Below are positions 27,820 through 36,332 of a DNA stretch of 64,000 nucleotides, piece after piece. Under the pieces are notes generated by a model that saw only the letters and a list, made by a program, of their open reading frames with translations, had not been told where the DNA came from and made no database searches. Origin of the DNA: Verrucomicrobiia bacterium. Its GTDB lineage: Bacteria; Verrucomicrobiota; Verrucomicrobiia; Limisphaerales; Palsa-1400. Both the position numbers and the translations under genes were made by a program. Every line of letters begins with the position of its first letter. Position 1 is the first letter of the stretch. The DNA is taken from assembly GCA_036501665.1 (NCBI GenBank), contig DASXZW010000071.1, positions 59,763 through 123,762 of the forward strand. The letters are read 5' to 3'.

Positions 27820-27895
27820 GGACGCCTCGGCGAGGCGTCCCTACCTCGAAGATTTTGAGAAGAGATTTTAGTGGCGTCGCGGCAGCGACCTACCA
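27820..27895. repeat. Two GC-rich palindromes, each followed by CTACC
   Basis: GGACGCCTCG-G-CGAGGCGTCC (27820-27840) is followed by CTACC. GTCGC-GGCA-GCGAC (27876-27889) is followed by CTACC (27890-27894). The element lies between the M16 gene and the next gene. Confidence 0.65.
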
Positions 27896-28020
27896 AAATT
27901 ATTAAATGAATTTCTGGGACCCCATACGAGTTGAAATTGACGAAATCCATCAGGGGTCTCGCGGTTCTTTAGTTTCCTTCTCGCGTTCAATTTGAGTTCT
28001 GGTCATATTTTTGTCATTCA

Positions 28021-29571
28021 ATGAAAACGACCTCGTTCACGGCGCGGAATTATAGAATCTCCATTATTCGTGGAATTACGATTTTCCTTTTGGCCATCGC
28101 TTTCGCTGCTTCGCAGGGAATCACGACGGGAGAAGAGACGAAAGCGGCAACTTCGTTCGAGGGTGAAACAGTGCAGTGGCACGGATTTGACCGCTACGAT
28201 TTCATGATGGACGAATCGGACTTGAGCATCACGCCGTTCAAGCAACCGCAAAAAGAAAAATTTGGCGTGGGCCAACCGCCGGACGGACATCGACGCTGTA
28301 TTGTTGTCGTACCGAAAAATCCGGCGCCCGGAAATCCGTGGTCGTGGCGAGGCTGTTATTGGGACCATCAGCCGCAGACGGAAATCGAATTGCTCAAGCG
28401 CGGTTTTCACATCGTGTTCATCACGCCCGACCCGGATAAAACCTGGGACGCCTGGTATGCCTACCTCGTCGAAAAACACGGACTGTCGTCGAAGCCGGCG
28501 TTCATTGGGATGAGCAAAGGCGGCTACAACGAATTTGTTTGGGCCACCGACCACCCGGACAAAGTCTCCTGCATTTACGCCGATAATCCCGCGATCAACC
28601 GAACGAGTCTGCTGAAACTGGACGGGCTTGCGAGCAATGACGTTCCGCTTCTGCACGTCTGCGGGAGCATTGATCCATTGTTTCCGAATCATACACTTGC
28701 GGCAGAGAGCCTTTATCAATCTTTGGGTGGGCGCATCTCGGTGATGATTAAGGAAGGTTTCGGCCATCATCCGCACAGCCTGCACAATCCGACGCCAATC
28801 GCTGATTTTATCGTGGCGAGTCAAACACCGATTGTTGACGCAACGCCGCCGTTCACCGGCAATAAAATGAGGAAAACCTGGTTTTACGGCGTGAAGAATG
28901 ATTACCGGGATTTTCCGTCGGAGAAAACGCGCATCACTTGTCGGGGGCCTTTGTTTACGGACCGTTATCGGCGTTACGAGTTTGAAATGAAAGGGATTCA
29001 AGGTTCCATAACGATCATCGCTCCAAAAAGCGAAGCGCCGGGAAAACCGTGGGTTTACCGCACTGGATTTGTTGACAGGAATGCGGCAGTCGATCTCGCG
29101 TTGCTCGCGAAAGGATATTATATTGTGACCGGCCCCGTTCCTTATAACGCCGACGGCCCGTTGAAGCCTGACTGGGACGCAGTTTATCAATATCTGGCCA
29201 GCGTCGGTTTCGCGGCAAAGCCGGTTATGGAAGGAGCAGGCGGGGCTGGTGGAGTCGTGTATGCATGGGCCGTTCAGAATCCCGACAAAGTTTCGTGCGT
29301 TTACACGGAAAATCCAGTTCTGCGCGGCGCAATGTCGGTGTCGTCGCTCGTTGATCATTTTGAACCGCTGGCAAAGGCGGGAGTTCCGTTGATCAACGTT
29401 TGCGGCGGGGCGGACCCGGGAATCAATGACAACACTCGGTCGCTGGAAGCCAAGTACAAATCGCTTGGCGGAAAAATCACGGTCATTGTCAAAGAAGGGC
29501 AGGGGCATTATCCACTCGCGCCGACCGATGCTTCCGCCGTGGCAGATCTTATTGTCAAGAATAACCCTTAA
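28021..29571 (+). CDS. Secreted protein with two tandem alpha/beta-hydrolase-like domains
   Basis: 516 aa with a signal/TM segment ITIFLLAIAFAA. Domain 1 (about aa 50-266) has the nucleophile elbow GMSKG, plus D (CGSIDP) and H (GFGHHPH). Domain 2 (about aa 295-513) is a clear paralogue (…NPDKVSCVYTENP…, CGGADP, GQGHYP). Confidence 0.7.
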   Translation: MKTTSFTARNYRISIIRGITIFLLAIAFAASQGITTGEETKAATSFEGETVQWHGFDRYDFMMDESDLSITPFKQPQKEKFGVGQPPDGHRRCIVVVPKNPAPGNPWSWRGCYWDHQPQTEIELLKRGFHIVFITPDPDKTWDAWYAYLVEKHGLSSKPAFIGMSKGGYNEFVWATDHPDKVSCIYADNPAINRTSLLKLDGLASNDVPLLHVCGSIDPLFPNHTLAAESLYQSLGGRISVMIKEGFGHHPHSLHNPTPIADFIVASQTPIVDATPPFTGNKMRKTWFYGVKNDYRDFPSEKTRITCRGPLFTDRYRRYEFEMKGIQGSITIIAPKSEAPGKPWVYRTGFVDRNAAVDLALLAKGYYIVTGPVPYNADGPLKPDWDAVYQYLASVGFAAKPVMEGAGGAGGVVYAWAVQNPDKVSCVYTENPVLRGAMSVSSLVDHFEPLAKAGVPLINVCGGADPGINDNTRSLEAKYKSLGGKITVIVKEGQGHYPLAPTDASAVADLIVKNNP

Positions 29572-29578
29572 ATTCTGT

Positions 29579-30925
29579 ATGAAACGGATCAGTTTGTTCT
29601 TCCTGTCACTCGCGCTGTTCGTGGCTTGGGTTTCAACTGCCTGGGCTGAAGCCGCGACCGGCGAACTTCGCGCCGGCACGGCGAAAATCAGCATTACTCC
29701 CGAAACCGCGGAGCCAATCCATGATCCCGTTTTTGCGCGGAGTTTGGTCCTTGAAGTGAACGGCCAGAGGTGGGCTTTTGTTTCGGCGGACCTCGCCGTT
29801 TTCACGAGCGACAACGTGGAAAAGATTTGCCACGAGAAGTATGGGCTCGACAAGGTTTTCATCTGTTCCACACACAATCACACCGCGCCGTCGAAGCCCG
29901 GCAAAGGCCCGGAATACGCGAACTTGAAGGAGTTTTTCGAAAAGCAAATCGTCGAAGTTGTTGGGATGGCCCTGACGAATATGTTTCCCGCGAGGATCGC
30001 TGCCGGGCGCAAAAGTTTTCCGCAATTGGGATTCAAGCGGTTGATCGTGCGCGAGGACGGCCACTCGCGCGAATCGTGGATGGGCGACGATCATTACGCG
30101 CCGATCAATCCGGACCGGATTCCTTTCGGGCCAGTCGATAACGAAGTGGGCGTCATTCGCATCGAAGACACCAACGGGCAGCCGCGCGCGATTGTGATGA
30201 ATTATGCTTGTCACGCGGATGTGGTTTGCCTGAGTTTCGCGATTTCTGCGGATTATCCCGGGGTCGCCACGCGAAAGGTTGAGGAGGCCTTTGGAAACGG
30301 CGTGGTTTGTTTGTTTGTGAATGGAGCGGCGGGAAATGTGGCGCCGCTGTTCACGGTTCCGCGTCGGACCGGGCCGGACGACCCATTCAAAACCGACTAC
30401 ACGCCGATGGAGCGGATGGGCGAATTACTTTCATATGAAACGATCAAGGTCGCAAAGTCGCTCAGCGGAAAATCAGGCGAAACCACGATCAAGGAAAAAG
30501 ACACCACGCTGGAATTCACAGGGCGATTCGACAAGTCGCGGCATATTGAAGTTCATCTGAGCACGCTGATGATCAACAATGATATTGTGATTGCCGCGAA
30601 TCCCGGCGAGCTGTTCGCGGAGTTGGGCATTGATTGGAAAGCGAGGATGCAGGCGGAAGTCGCGAATCCGTTTTATTTTGGATACACATGGAGCGGCGGC
30701 CAATGGCCCGGTTACGTTCCGAGCATCAAGGGCGCGGCGCTGGGCGGCTTTGGCGCTGACCAGGATTCGCGGATGATTGAAGTCGGCTCCGGCGAAGCGA
30801 TGTTTAACAAGCACCTTGAAAACTACTATGTGCTTTCCGGATTGATGCGCGACAAGCCCGGCCCATCCGGTTTCAAACAAGGTCCTCGATGGATCGTCGT
30901 CCCGGTTCCAGAAAAACCGGAGTAA
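29579..30925 (+). CDS. Secreted hydrolase resembling neutral/alkaline ceramidase N-terminal domain proteins
   Basis: The ORF-track entry is 29426..30925. I prefer ATG 29579 for its Sec signal, MKRISLFFLSLALFVAWVSTAWA. The segments AGTAKISITPE…, FVSADLAVF… and CSTHNHTAPS resemble the ceramidase_alk pattern. This is by memory only. Confidence 0.45.
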   Translation: MKRISLFFLSLALFVAWVSTAWAEAATGELRAGTAKISITPETAEPIHDPVFARSLVLEVNGQRWAFVSADLAVFTSDNVEKICHEKYGLDKVFICSTHNHTAPSKPGKGPEYANLKEFFEKQIVEVVGMALTNMFPARIAAGRKSFPQLGFKRLIVREDGHSRESWMGDDHYAPINPDRIPFGPVDNEVGVIRIEDTNGQPRAIVMNYACHADVVCLSFAISADYPGVATRKVEEAFGNGVVCLFVNGAAGNVAPLFTVPRRTGPDDPFKTDYTPMERMGELLSYETIKVAKSLSGKSGETTIKEKDTTLEFTGRFDKSRHIEVHLSTLMINNDIVIAANPGELFAELGIDWKARMQAEVANPFYFGYTWSGGQWPGYVPSIKGAALGGFGADQDSRMIEVGSGEAMFNKHLENYYVLSGLMRDKPGPSGFKQGPRWIVVPVPEKPE

Positions 30926-30945
30926 TTTCGGTCGCCGGCGGCCTT

Positions 30946-30957
30946 GTCAAATTTGAC
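30946..30957. promoter_or_regulatory. Perfect 12-bp palindrome GTCAAATTTGAC (candidate operator)
   Basis: Read directly from the sequence. It lies about 60 nt upstream of the ATG at 31016, in the only sizeable gap (90 nt) of the co-directional array. Confidence 0.3.
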
Positions 30958-31015
30958 CAAACGGTGACGCGCTCTCGACTCAGCGGCGGCGATGCCGTAG
31001 CGTGACCGCACCATT

Positions 31016-31981
31016 ATGACCAACCTGAACCGTAGAGCGTTCCTTCAAAAATCGGGGCAGGGCGCGTTGATTGCCGGAGTCCTCGCCGGAGATATTCTTG
31101 ACGCCAATGCCGCGGAGACGAAGCCGCGCAAAATGACGGCGGATCTTGTTTGCGGCAACCTTGGAATTTCCGCCAATCAGAATGAGGCAATCGAATTGGC
31201 GGGGCGGCATGGCTTTGAGTCTGTCGGCGTTGACGCGGAGTATGTTGCATCTCTGGAGGCCAGTCAAGTTGAAGAAATAAAATCCAAACTGAAGAGCAAA
31301 AATCTTGTGTGGGGCGCTGCCGGTCTGACGGTGGATTTTCGCGGGGACGATGCTCGTTTTGAATCAACCCTCGCAAAGCTGCCCGCAATTGCCGGCGGAC
31401 TTCAGCGGGCCGGAGTGCAACGTGTTTCCACCTGGCTCAATCCGAGTCATCATCAACTGACTTACATGCAGAATTTTCGGCAGCACGCGTCCCGGATGCG
31501 GCGGGTTGCGGCGGTTCTTGCGAACGAGAACATTCGCTTCGGCATGGAGTATGTCGCGCCAAAAACATTGTGGGCGAGCGGGCGTTATCCGTTTATCCAT
31601 ACGCTCGCGGAAATGAAAGATTTGCTCGCTGAAATGAACTCGCCGAACGCCGGCGTTGTTTTGGATAGCTGGCATTGGTGGCATGCTGGAAACACTGCGG
31701 AGGACATCCTCACTCTCCGGGGCCGGGACGTTATTGCTGTGGATTTGAACGACGCTCCGACCGGCGTTCCAAAAGACCAGATGCCGGACAATCGCCGCGA
31801 ATTGCCTTGCGCAACGGGAGTCATCGATCTTGGCGCGTTTTTGAGCGCTCTTAACGAAATCGGGTACGACGGCCCGGTTCGCGCCGAACCTTTCAACCAG
31901 ACTGTCAATCATATGCCAAAGGACGAGGCTTGCGAGGCCGCGGTCGTTTCGATCAGGAAGGCATTCGCGATGATTCATTGA
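31016..31981 (+). CDS. Tat-exported sugar phosphate isomerase/epimerase (xylose-isomerase-like TIM barrel)
   Basis: 321 aa. The twin-arginine signal is MTNLNRRAFLQKSGQGALIAGVLAG. TIM-barrel AP-endonuclease-2-fold sequence is present (…VVLDSWHWWHAG…, YDGPVRAEPF). Confidence 0.75.
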   Translation: MTNLNRRAFLQKSGQGALIAGVLAGDILDANAAETKPRKMTADLVCGNLGISANQNEAIELAGRHGFESVGVDAEYVASLEASQVEEIKSKLKSKNLVWGAAGLTVDFRGDDARFESTLAKLPAIAGGLQRAGVQRVSTWLNPSHHQLTYMQNFRQHASRMRRVAAVLANENIRFGMEYVAPKTLWASGRYPFIHTLAEMKDLLAEMNSPNAGVVLDSWHWWHAGNTAEDILTLRGRDVIAVDLNDAPTGVPKDQMPDNRRELPCATGVIDLGAFLSALNEIGYDGPVRAEPFNQTVNHMPKDEACEAAVVSIRKAFAMIH

Positions 31982-31995
31982 GCAACTTGCATGAT

Positions 31996-33651
31996 GTGAA
32001 AAAAACTATTGACACAATTATTGGGCTTGCGTTGGTATTGTTGATGATGGCCGGCCTCGCTGGCCGCGCCGTTGCCGGGCCGCTCGAAGACCTGGATAAG
32101 CCGATGGAAGGCCGTTCGATGCGCGCCACCTCCACGATGCGCGAAGGCGAGAGCCGCCGCATGGGCCACGATGTCCGTCATCCCGAAGCGCCTCCTCGCG
32201 GCGATACCAACGAGATGAGCAATTGGGATAATTTCACCGTCGCTCCGGGGGACACGCATGTATTGCTCGACGCGCGAGGGCCGGGCGTCATCAACCATAT
32301 CTGGATGACCTTTCTCGGGCCGGAAAAGCAAAACTGGGCCAAGAACGGTTCGGCCAATCACCAGGAATTATTGCTGCGCATTTATTGGGACGGGAACGAG
32401 CGGCCCGGAGTTGAAGCGCCGGTCGGTGATTTTTTTGCAAGCTGTTTCGGGCAGCGGCACGAAGTGATCAGCCTGCCGGTTGTTGTCACGGACGGGTCCG
32501 CATACAATTGCTTTTGGCCGATGCCCTTTCGCAAATCCGCCCGGATCGAAATCGTCAATCAAAGCAAAAAGCCGCTCAGCCTGCTTTACTACAATATTGA
32601 TTGGGTCAAGAAGAACAGCGTATCAGAGGACACACCCTATTTTTACGCGCAATACCGCCAGGAATATCCGGTCGGGCATGGGAAGGATTACGTAATACTT
32701 GACACCAAAGGGAAAGGCCATTACGTCGGCACGGTGCTGGCCGTCCGCACGCGCAGCCCGCTCTGGTTCGGCGAAGGAGACGAAAAAATTTATATTGACG
32801 GTGAAAAATCGCCGTCGATCTGGGGCACCGGAACTGAGGATTATTTTCTCATGGCCTGGGGCTTGCGCGCCCACAACACGCCGTATTTCGGATGCCCGTG
32901 GACGGACCAATGGGGGATCATCGGCGGCCATACCGAGGCGTATCGCTGGCACATCAACGATCCCATCATCTTCGACAAAGGCATTCGTGTGACGATCGAA
33001 CATTGGGGCTGGATTTCGCCTGATGAAAATCCCGATTACAAACAAATGAGTTGGAACGAACGCGAGGACGATTATTCCAGCGTCGCGTTTTGGTATCAGA
33101 CCGGCCAACCGACTTTTGATTATCGCGCTCCCGATGCCGTCGAACGCGCGTTGCCCAGCCTCGAAAAACTGATCGTGCCCGCGACAAATTTTATGGACGC
33201 GCAGTTTCATGGAAAAGGCGTCGCGTTCCCGCAGGAGCTTGATCTGTACGACGAACCGCAACTCTTTTTCCGCCCAAGCGACGTTTCGGACGGCTGGATG
33301 GAAATGCACTTTACCGTAACCAAAAAGGAGCCTGTCCGTCTTTTGCTCAATACGACGAAAGCCCCCGATTTTGGGATTTACCAGATTTCGCTCAACGGCG
33401 TTAAGCTCGGCGATCCGGTTGATTTTTACAGTTCCAACGTCGTCAACGAAGAGACTCAACTTCTGGATTTCTGGCCCGATCCCGGCGAATATACTTTGCG
33501 CATGGAATGCACCGGCAAAAACTTCGCCTCCAGCGGTATTTATTGTGGCGTGGAATCGCTTCGATTGCGCGGCCGCCGTCCGCGCGTCACAACGATGGGT
33601 CACGACAAGGACAAAGACTGGCGCAAAGACCCGAAGATGTACAACGATTGA
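31996..33651 (+). CDS. DUF2961 / GH172-family glycoside hydrolase with C-terminal extension
   Basis: The ORF-track entry is 31930..33651, which overlaps the upstream gene. The GTG at 31996 gives (M)KKTIDTIIGLALVLLMMAGLAGRAVA, a signal peptide. DUF2961-like motifs are LLDARGPGVINHIWMTF, YFYAQYRQE and GEGDEKIYIDGE…IWGTGTEDYF. Confidence 0.75.
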   Translation: MKKTIDTIIGLALVLLMMAGLAGRAVAGPLEDLDKPMEGRSMRATSTMREGESRRMGHDVRHPEAPPRGDTNEMSNWDNFTVAPGDTHVLLDARGPGVINHIWMTFLGPEKQNWAKNGSANHQELLLRIYWDGNERPGVEAPVGDFFASCFGQRHEVISLPVVVTDGSAYNCFWPMPFRKSARIEIVNQSKKPLSLLYYNIDWVKKNSVSEDTPYFYAQYRQEYPVGHGKDYVILDTKGKGHYVGTVLAVRTRSPLWFGEGDEKIYIDGEKSPSIWGTGTEDYFLMAWGLRAHNTPYFGCPWTDQWGIIGGHTEAYRWHINDPIIFDKGIRVTIEHWGWISPDENPDYKQMSWNEREDDYSSVAFWYQTGQPTFDYRAPDAVERALPSLEKLIVPATNFMDAQFHGKGVAFPQELDLYDEPQLFFRPSDVSDGWMEMHFTVTKKEPVRLLLNTTKAPDFGIYQISLNGVKLGDPVDFYSSNVVNEETQLLDFWPDPGEYTLRMECTGKNFASSGIYCGVESLRLRGRRPRVTTMGHDKDKDWRKDPKMYND

Positions 33652-33660
33652 ACAAACCTC

Positions 33661-34926
33661 ATGGACGGCGATCCCGCCAATCTGAGTAAACAAAAGCGGA
33701 ATTATCCGTTGTTGCTGGCGAGTCAGTTTCTGAGCGCGTTCGGCGATAATCTGATTTTGATGATTATTCTCGGCCCCTTCCTGATAGAGCGGAACAAGGG
33801 ACTGATCACCGAGCAGCAGCAAAGCATCGCGAACGTTTTTTACACGAGCCTGTTGTTTGTTCCTTATGTGTTGCTCGCGCCGCTTGCGGGTTATTTGAAC
33901 GACCGATTTTCCAAGAACCGCGCGTTGATGGCCGGCAATCTTTTCAAGCTCATCGGCGCCGCGATCACCGCCGCTGGAATTGGCGCAAATAAAACCTGGC
34001 TTGGCGTCGGGTATTTTGTTGTTGGCATCGGCGCTTGTGTTTATTCGCCCGCAAAATACGGCATTCTTCCCGAAATTCTTCCGAAGGAACGGCTCGTCAA
34101 GGCGAACGGGCTGTTGGAATTGTTGACGCTCGTCGCTATCCTCACCGGCAACATCGCCGGCGCAATGGCATTTGACAGACTGGCGCTCTCAACGTGTTAC
34201 GCAATCACGATGGCGATCTACGCGCTTTCACTCGCGCTGAATCTCGTGATGACGCGGACTCCCTTTTATCGCGAGGTGCAATTTGCGGGAATTTCCGGCG
34301 AATTCTTCCACAACGTTGGCCAGCTCTTTTCGCAAAAGCGGCTTGCTCGTATCCTGGTTGGAACCGCTCTTTTTTGGGTTTGCGGCGCGGTGCTGAAAAT
34401 GAATTTTCAACCCTGGGGCCAGCGCGTTTTGAACCTGCAAACGATGACCGCCATCAGCCTGTTGGGTCTATGGCTGAGCATCGGCGTCATGGCGGGGAGT
34501 GTGTTGGCGGGGCAACTTTATGCCGTTGGCGATTTGCGCGCGACACGGCGATACGGCTGGCTGCTGGCCGGTGGGATTTTAGCGCTTGGCAGCGTAAGGG
34601 CTATTGTTGACTCTGGGTTCAGCCATGTTCTCGCGGTTGCGATTGCGATATTGATTGTTACCGGTCTGATTGCCGGCTTGTTTTTGATTCCGCTCAACGC
34701 CGCGCTTCAGGCCGAATCGCACAAGGACCGCCTCGGCAAAACCATCGCCACTCAAAACGGAATGGAAAATCTCGCGATGCTCGGCGGGTCCGCAATCGCT
34801 TACTTGAACGTAAAAATCGACTTCAACCCTTCGCAACTTCTCCTGGTCCTTGCGGTCTTCGTTGCAGTGGTAGTCGTCTGGTTAAAAATTCCGCCAAAGC
34901 AGCCCCTTGCAGAAAATGGTGAATGA
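33661..34926 (+). CDS. lplT: MFS transporter, lysophospholipid transporter LplT-like
   Basis: 421 aa with about 12 TM segments. The N-terminus LLLASQFLSAFGDNLILMII is typical of LplT-type MFS proteins. It is translationally coupled to the next genes, and an aas homologue lies two genes downstream. Confidence 0.7.
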   Translation: MDGDPANLSKQKRNYPLLLASQFLSAFGDNLILMIILGPFLIERNKGLITEQQQSIANVFYTSLLFVPYVLLAPLAGYLNDRFSKNRALMAGNLFKLIGAAITAAGIGANKTWLGVGYFVVGIGACVYSPAKYGILPEILPKERLVKANGLLELLTLVAILTGNIAGAMAFDRLALSTCYAITMAIYALSLALNLVMTRTPFYREVQFAGISGEFFHNVGQLFSQKRLARILVGTALFWVCGAVLKMNFQPWGQRVLNLQTMTAISLLGLWLSIGVMAGSVLAGQLYAVGDLRATRRYGWLLAGGILALGSVRAIVDSGFSHVLAVAIAILIVTGLIAGLFLIPLNAALQAESHKDRLGKTIATQNGMENLAMLGGSAIAYLNVKIDFNPSQLLLVLAVFVAVVVVWLKIPPKQPLAENGE

Positions 34927-36332
34927 ATTCCGGCCCACCCATAACTGACAAGCCGGTGTCGATCTTGAAGGCACTTGCGCTCGCAGTCATCGCGGTGGCC
35001 ACTTTTCATCTCGCGTATTTATTCGACGGTTGCGAATTCCTGATAGCCATCTTTCTATTGGGTCTGTTTCAACTCGCCAGGCTGCGCAGCGCACGGCTTG
35101 CGTTCTATTTCGGTTTTGCGATTGGCATTGCCGCTTACGCGCCGCATTTGGCGTTCTTTTGGGAAATATTTGGAGGAGGCGCTATTGCGCTATGGTGCAT
35201 TCTTTCCTTCTGGCTGGGTCTGTTTCTTCTTGTTGGCAGGGCATGTCGAAATCGGTTCGGGCCAACCATTTGGGCCTGCCTTGCGCCATTTATTTGGACC
35301 GGTATTGAATTTTTCCGAAGCGAGCTCTACTACTTTCGATTTTCCTGGCTGAATCCTGGTTACGCATTTTCGCATTTTTCTGGTCTGCAATTTCTAGCGG
35401 AATTCGGCACATATGGAATTGGATTTTTGCTCATGGCATGGGTCGCTTTTTTAAGTTCGTTCATTTGCTTGCCTGCAAAAGTTCGCATCGCGTATGGAAT
35501 TGTTCTGATTGGAATTTCAAGTCTGCCGTTCCTGTATCCGTTTTCTCCAACGCTGGGATCAACTGAATTAATCGTGACGGGCGTGCAATTGGAAGAATGC
35601 ACGGCGGGACAAACCAAGCTTGCTCTGGATGGCGCTCTGAAACATTTCCCGCAAACGGATCTTTTTGTTCTAAGCGAGTATGCCTTTCACGGGCCTGTGC
35701 CTCAGGCGATTCGCGATTGGTGCAAAGCGCATCACAAATTCCTGTTGGCTGGAGGAGAAGACGCAATTTCGCCAACTCAATATTATAACACCGCCTTTGC
35801 GATTGCTCCCGACGGTGAGATTGCCTTTAAGCAAGCCAAGTGTGTCCCGGTTCAATTGATGAAAGACGGCACGCCCGCCTCCAGCCAACATTTATGGAAC
35901 TCTCCCTGGGGCAAGTTGGGAGTGGGGATTTGTTACGATGCAAGCTACTCGCGTGTCACTGATAATTTGGTTCGACAGGGCGCACAAGGGTTGATCTTTC
36001 CAACGATGGATCTCGGCGATTGGGGCCGGCACGAACACGATCTGCACGCGAGGATTGGCCCGATGTGCGCCGCCGAATACCGGTTGCCGATCCTTAAGGT
36101 TTGCAGTTCGGGAATCTCGCAACTAATTTCTCGTCAAGGCCGCGTAGTGGTTTCGGCGCCGTTTCCCGGCGAGGGCGACCTGATCTCTGGGCGGCTCGAA
36201 TTGGCCGGGAAAGGTCAAATGCCGCCAGACAGATTGCTCGGACGAATTTCGGTAGCCATTACTCTCGCGCTGGTCTTGTGGCTTTTGATTGATTCTATTC
36301 GAGGGCGGCGAATTAAACCTTCAATTCCATGA
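34923..36332 (+). CDS. lnt: Apolipoprotein N-acyltransferase-like protein (polytopic membrane domain plus C-N hydrolase domain)
   Basis: 469 aa. A multi-TM N-terminal half precedes a nitrilase-fold half with an E/K/C triad context: DLFVLSEYAF, FKQAKCVPV, GVGICYDASY. ATGA overlaps join it to its neighbours at both ends. Confidence 0.7.
   Translation: MNSGPPITDKPVSILKALALAVIAVATFHLAYLFDGCEFLIAIFLLGLFQLARLRSARLAFYFGFAIGIAAYAPHLAFFWEIFGGGAIALWCILSFWLGLFLLVGRACRNRFGPTIWACLAPFIWTGIEFFRSELYYFRFSWLNPGYAFSHFSGLQFLAEFGTYGIGFLLMAWVAFLSSFICLPAKVRIAYGIVLIGISSLPFLYPFSPTLGSTELIVTGVQLEECTAGQTKLALDGALKHFPQTDLFVLSEYAFHGPVPQAIRDWCKAHHKFLLAGGEDAISPTQYYNTAFAIAPDGEIAFKQAKCVPVQLMKDGTPASSQHLWNSPWGKLGVGICYDASYSRVTDNLVRQGAQGLIFPTMDLGDWGRHEHDLHARIGPMCAAEYRLPILKVCSSGISQLISRQGRVVVSAPFPGEGDLISGRLELAGKGQMPPDRLLGRISVAITLALVLWLLIDSIRGRRIKPSIP

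Noticed and set aside
29426-29578. Upstream extension of the ceramidase-like ORF. Similar track starts are 31930, 10425, 50634, 53357, 55658, 21515, 8796..9578 and 48088..49152.
   Set aside because: The extensions overlap the preceding or divergent gene, or they precede an obvious signal peptide, lipobox or family-typical N-terminus. Internal starts were chosen; each is noted in the feature evidence.
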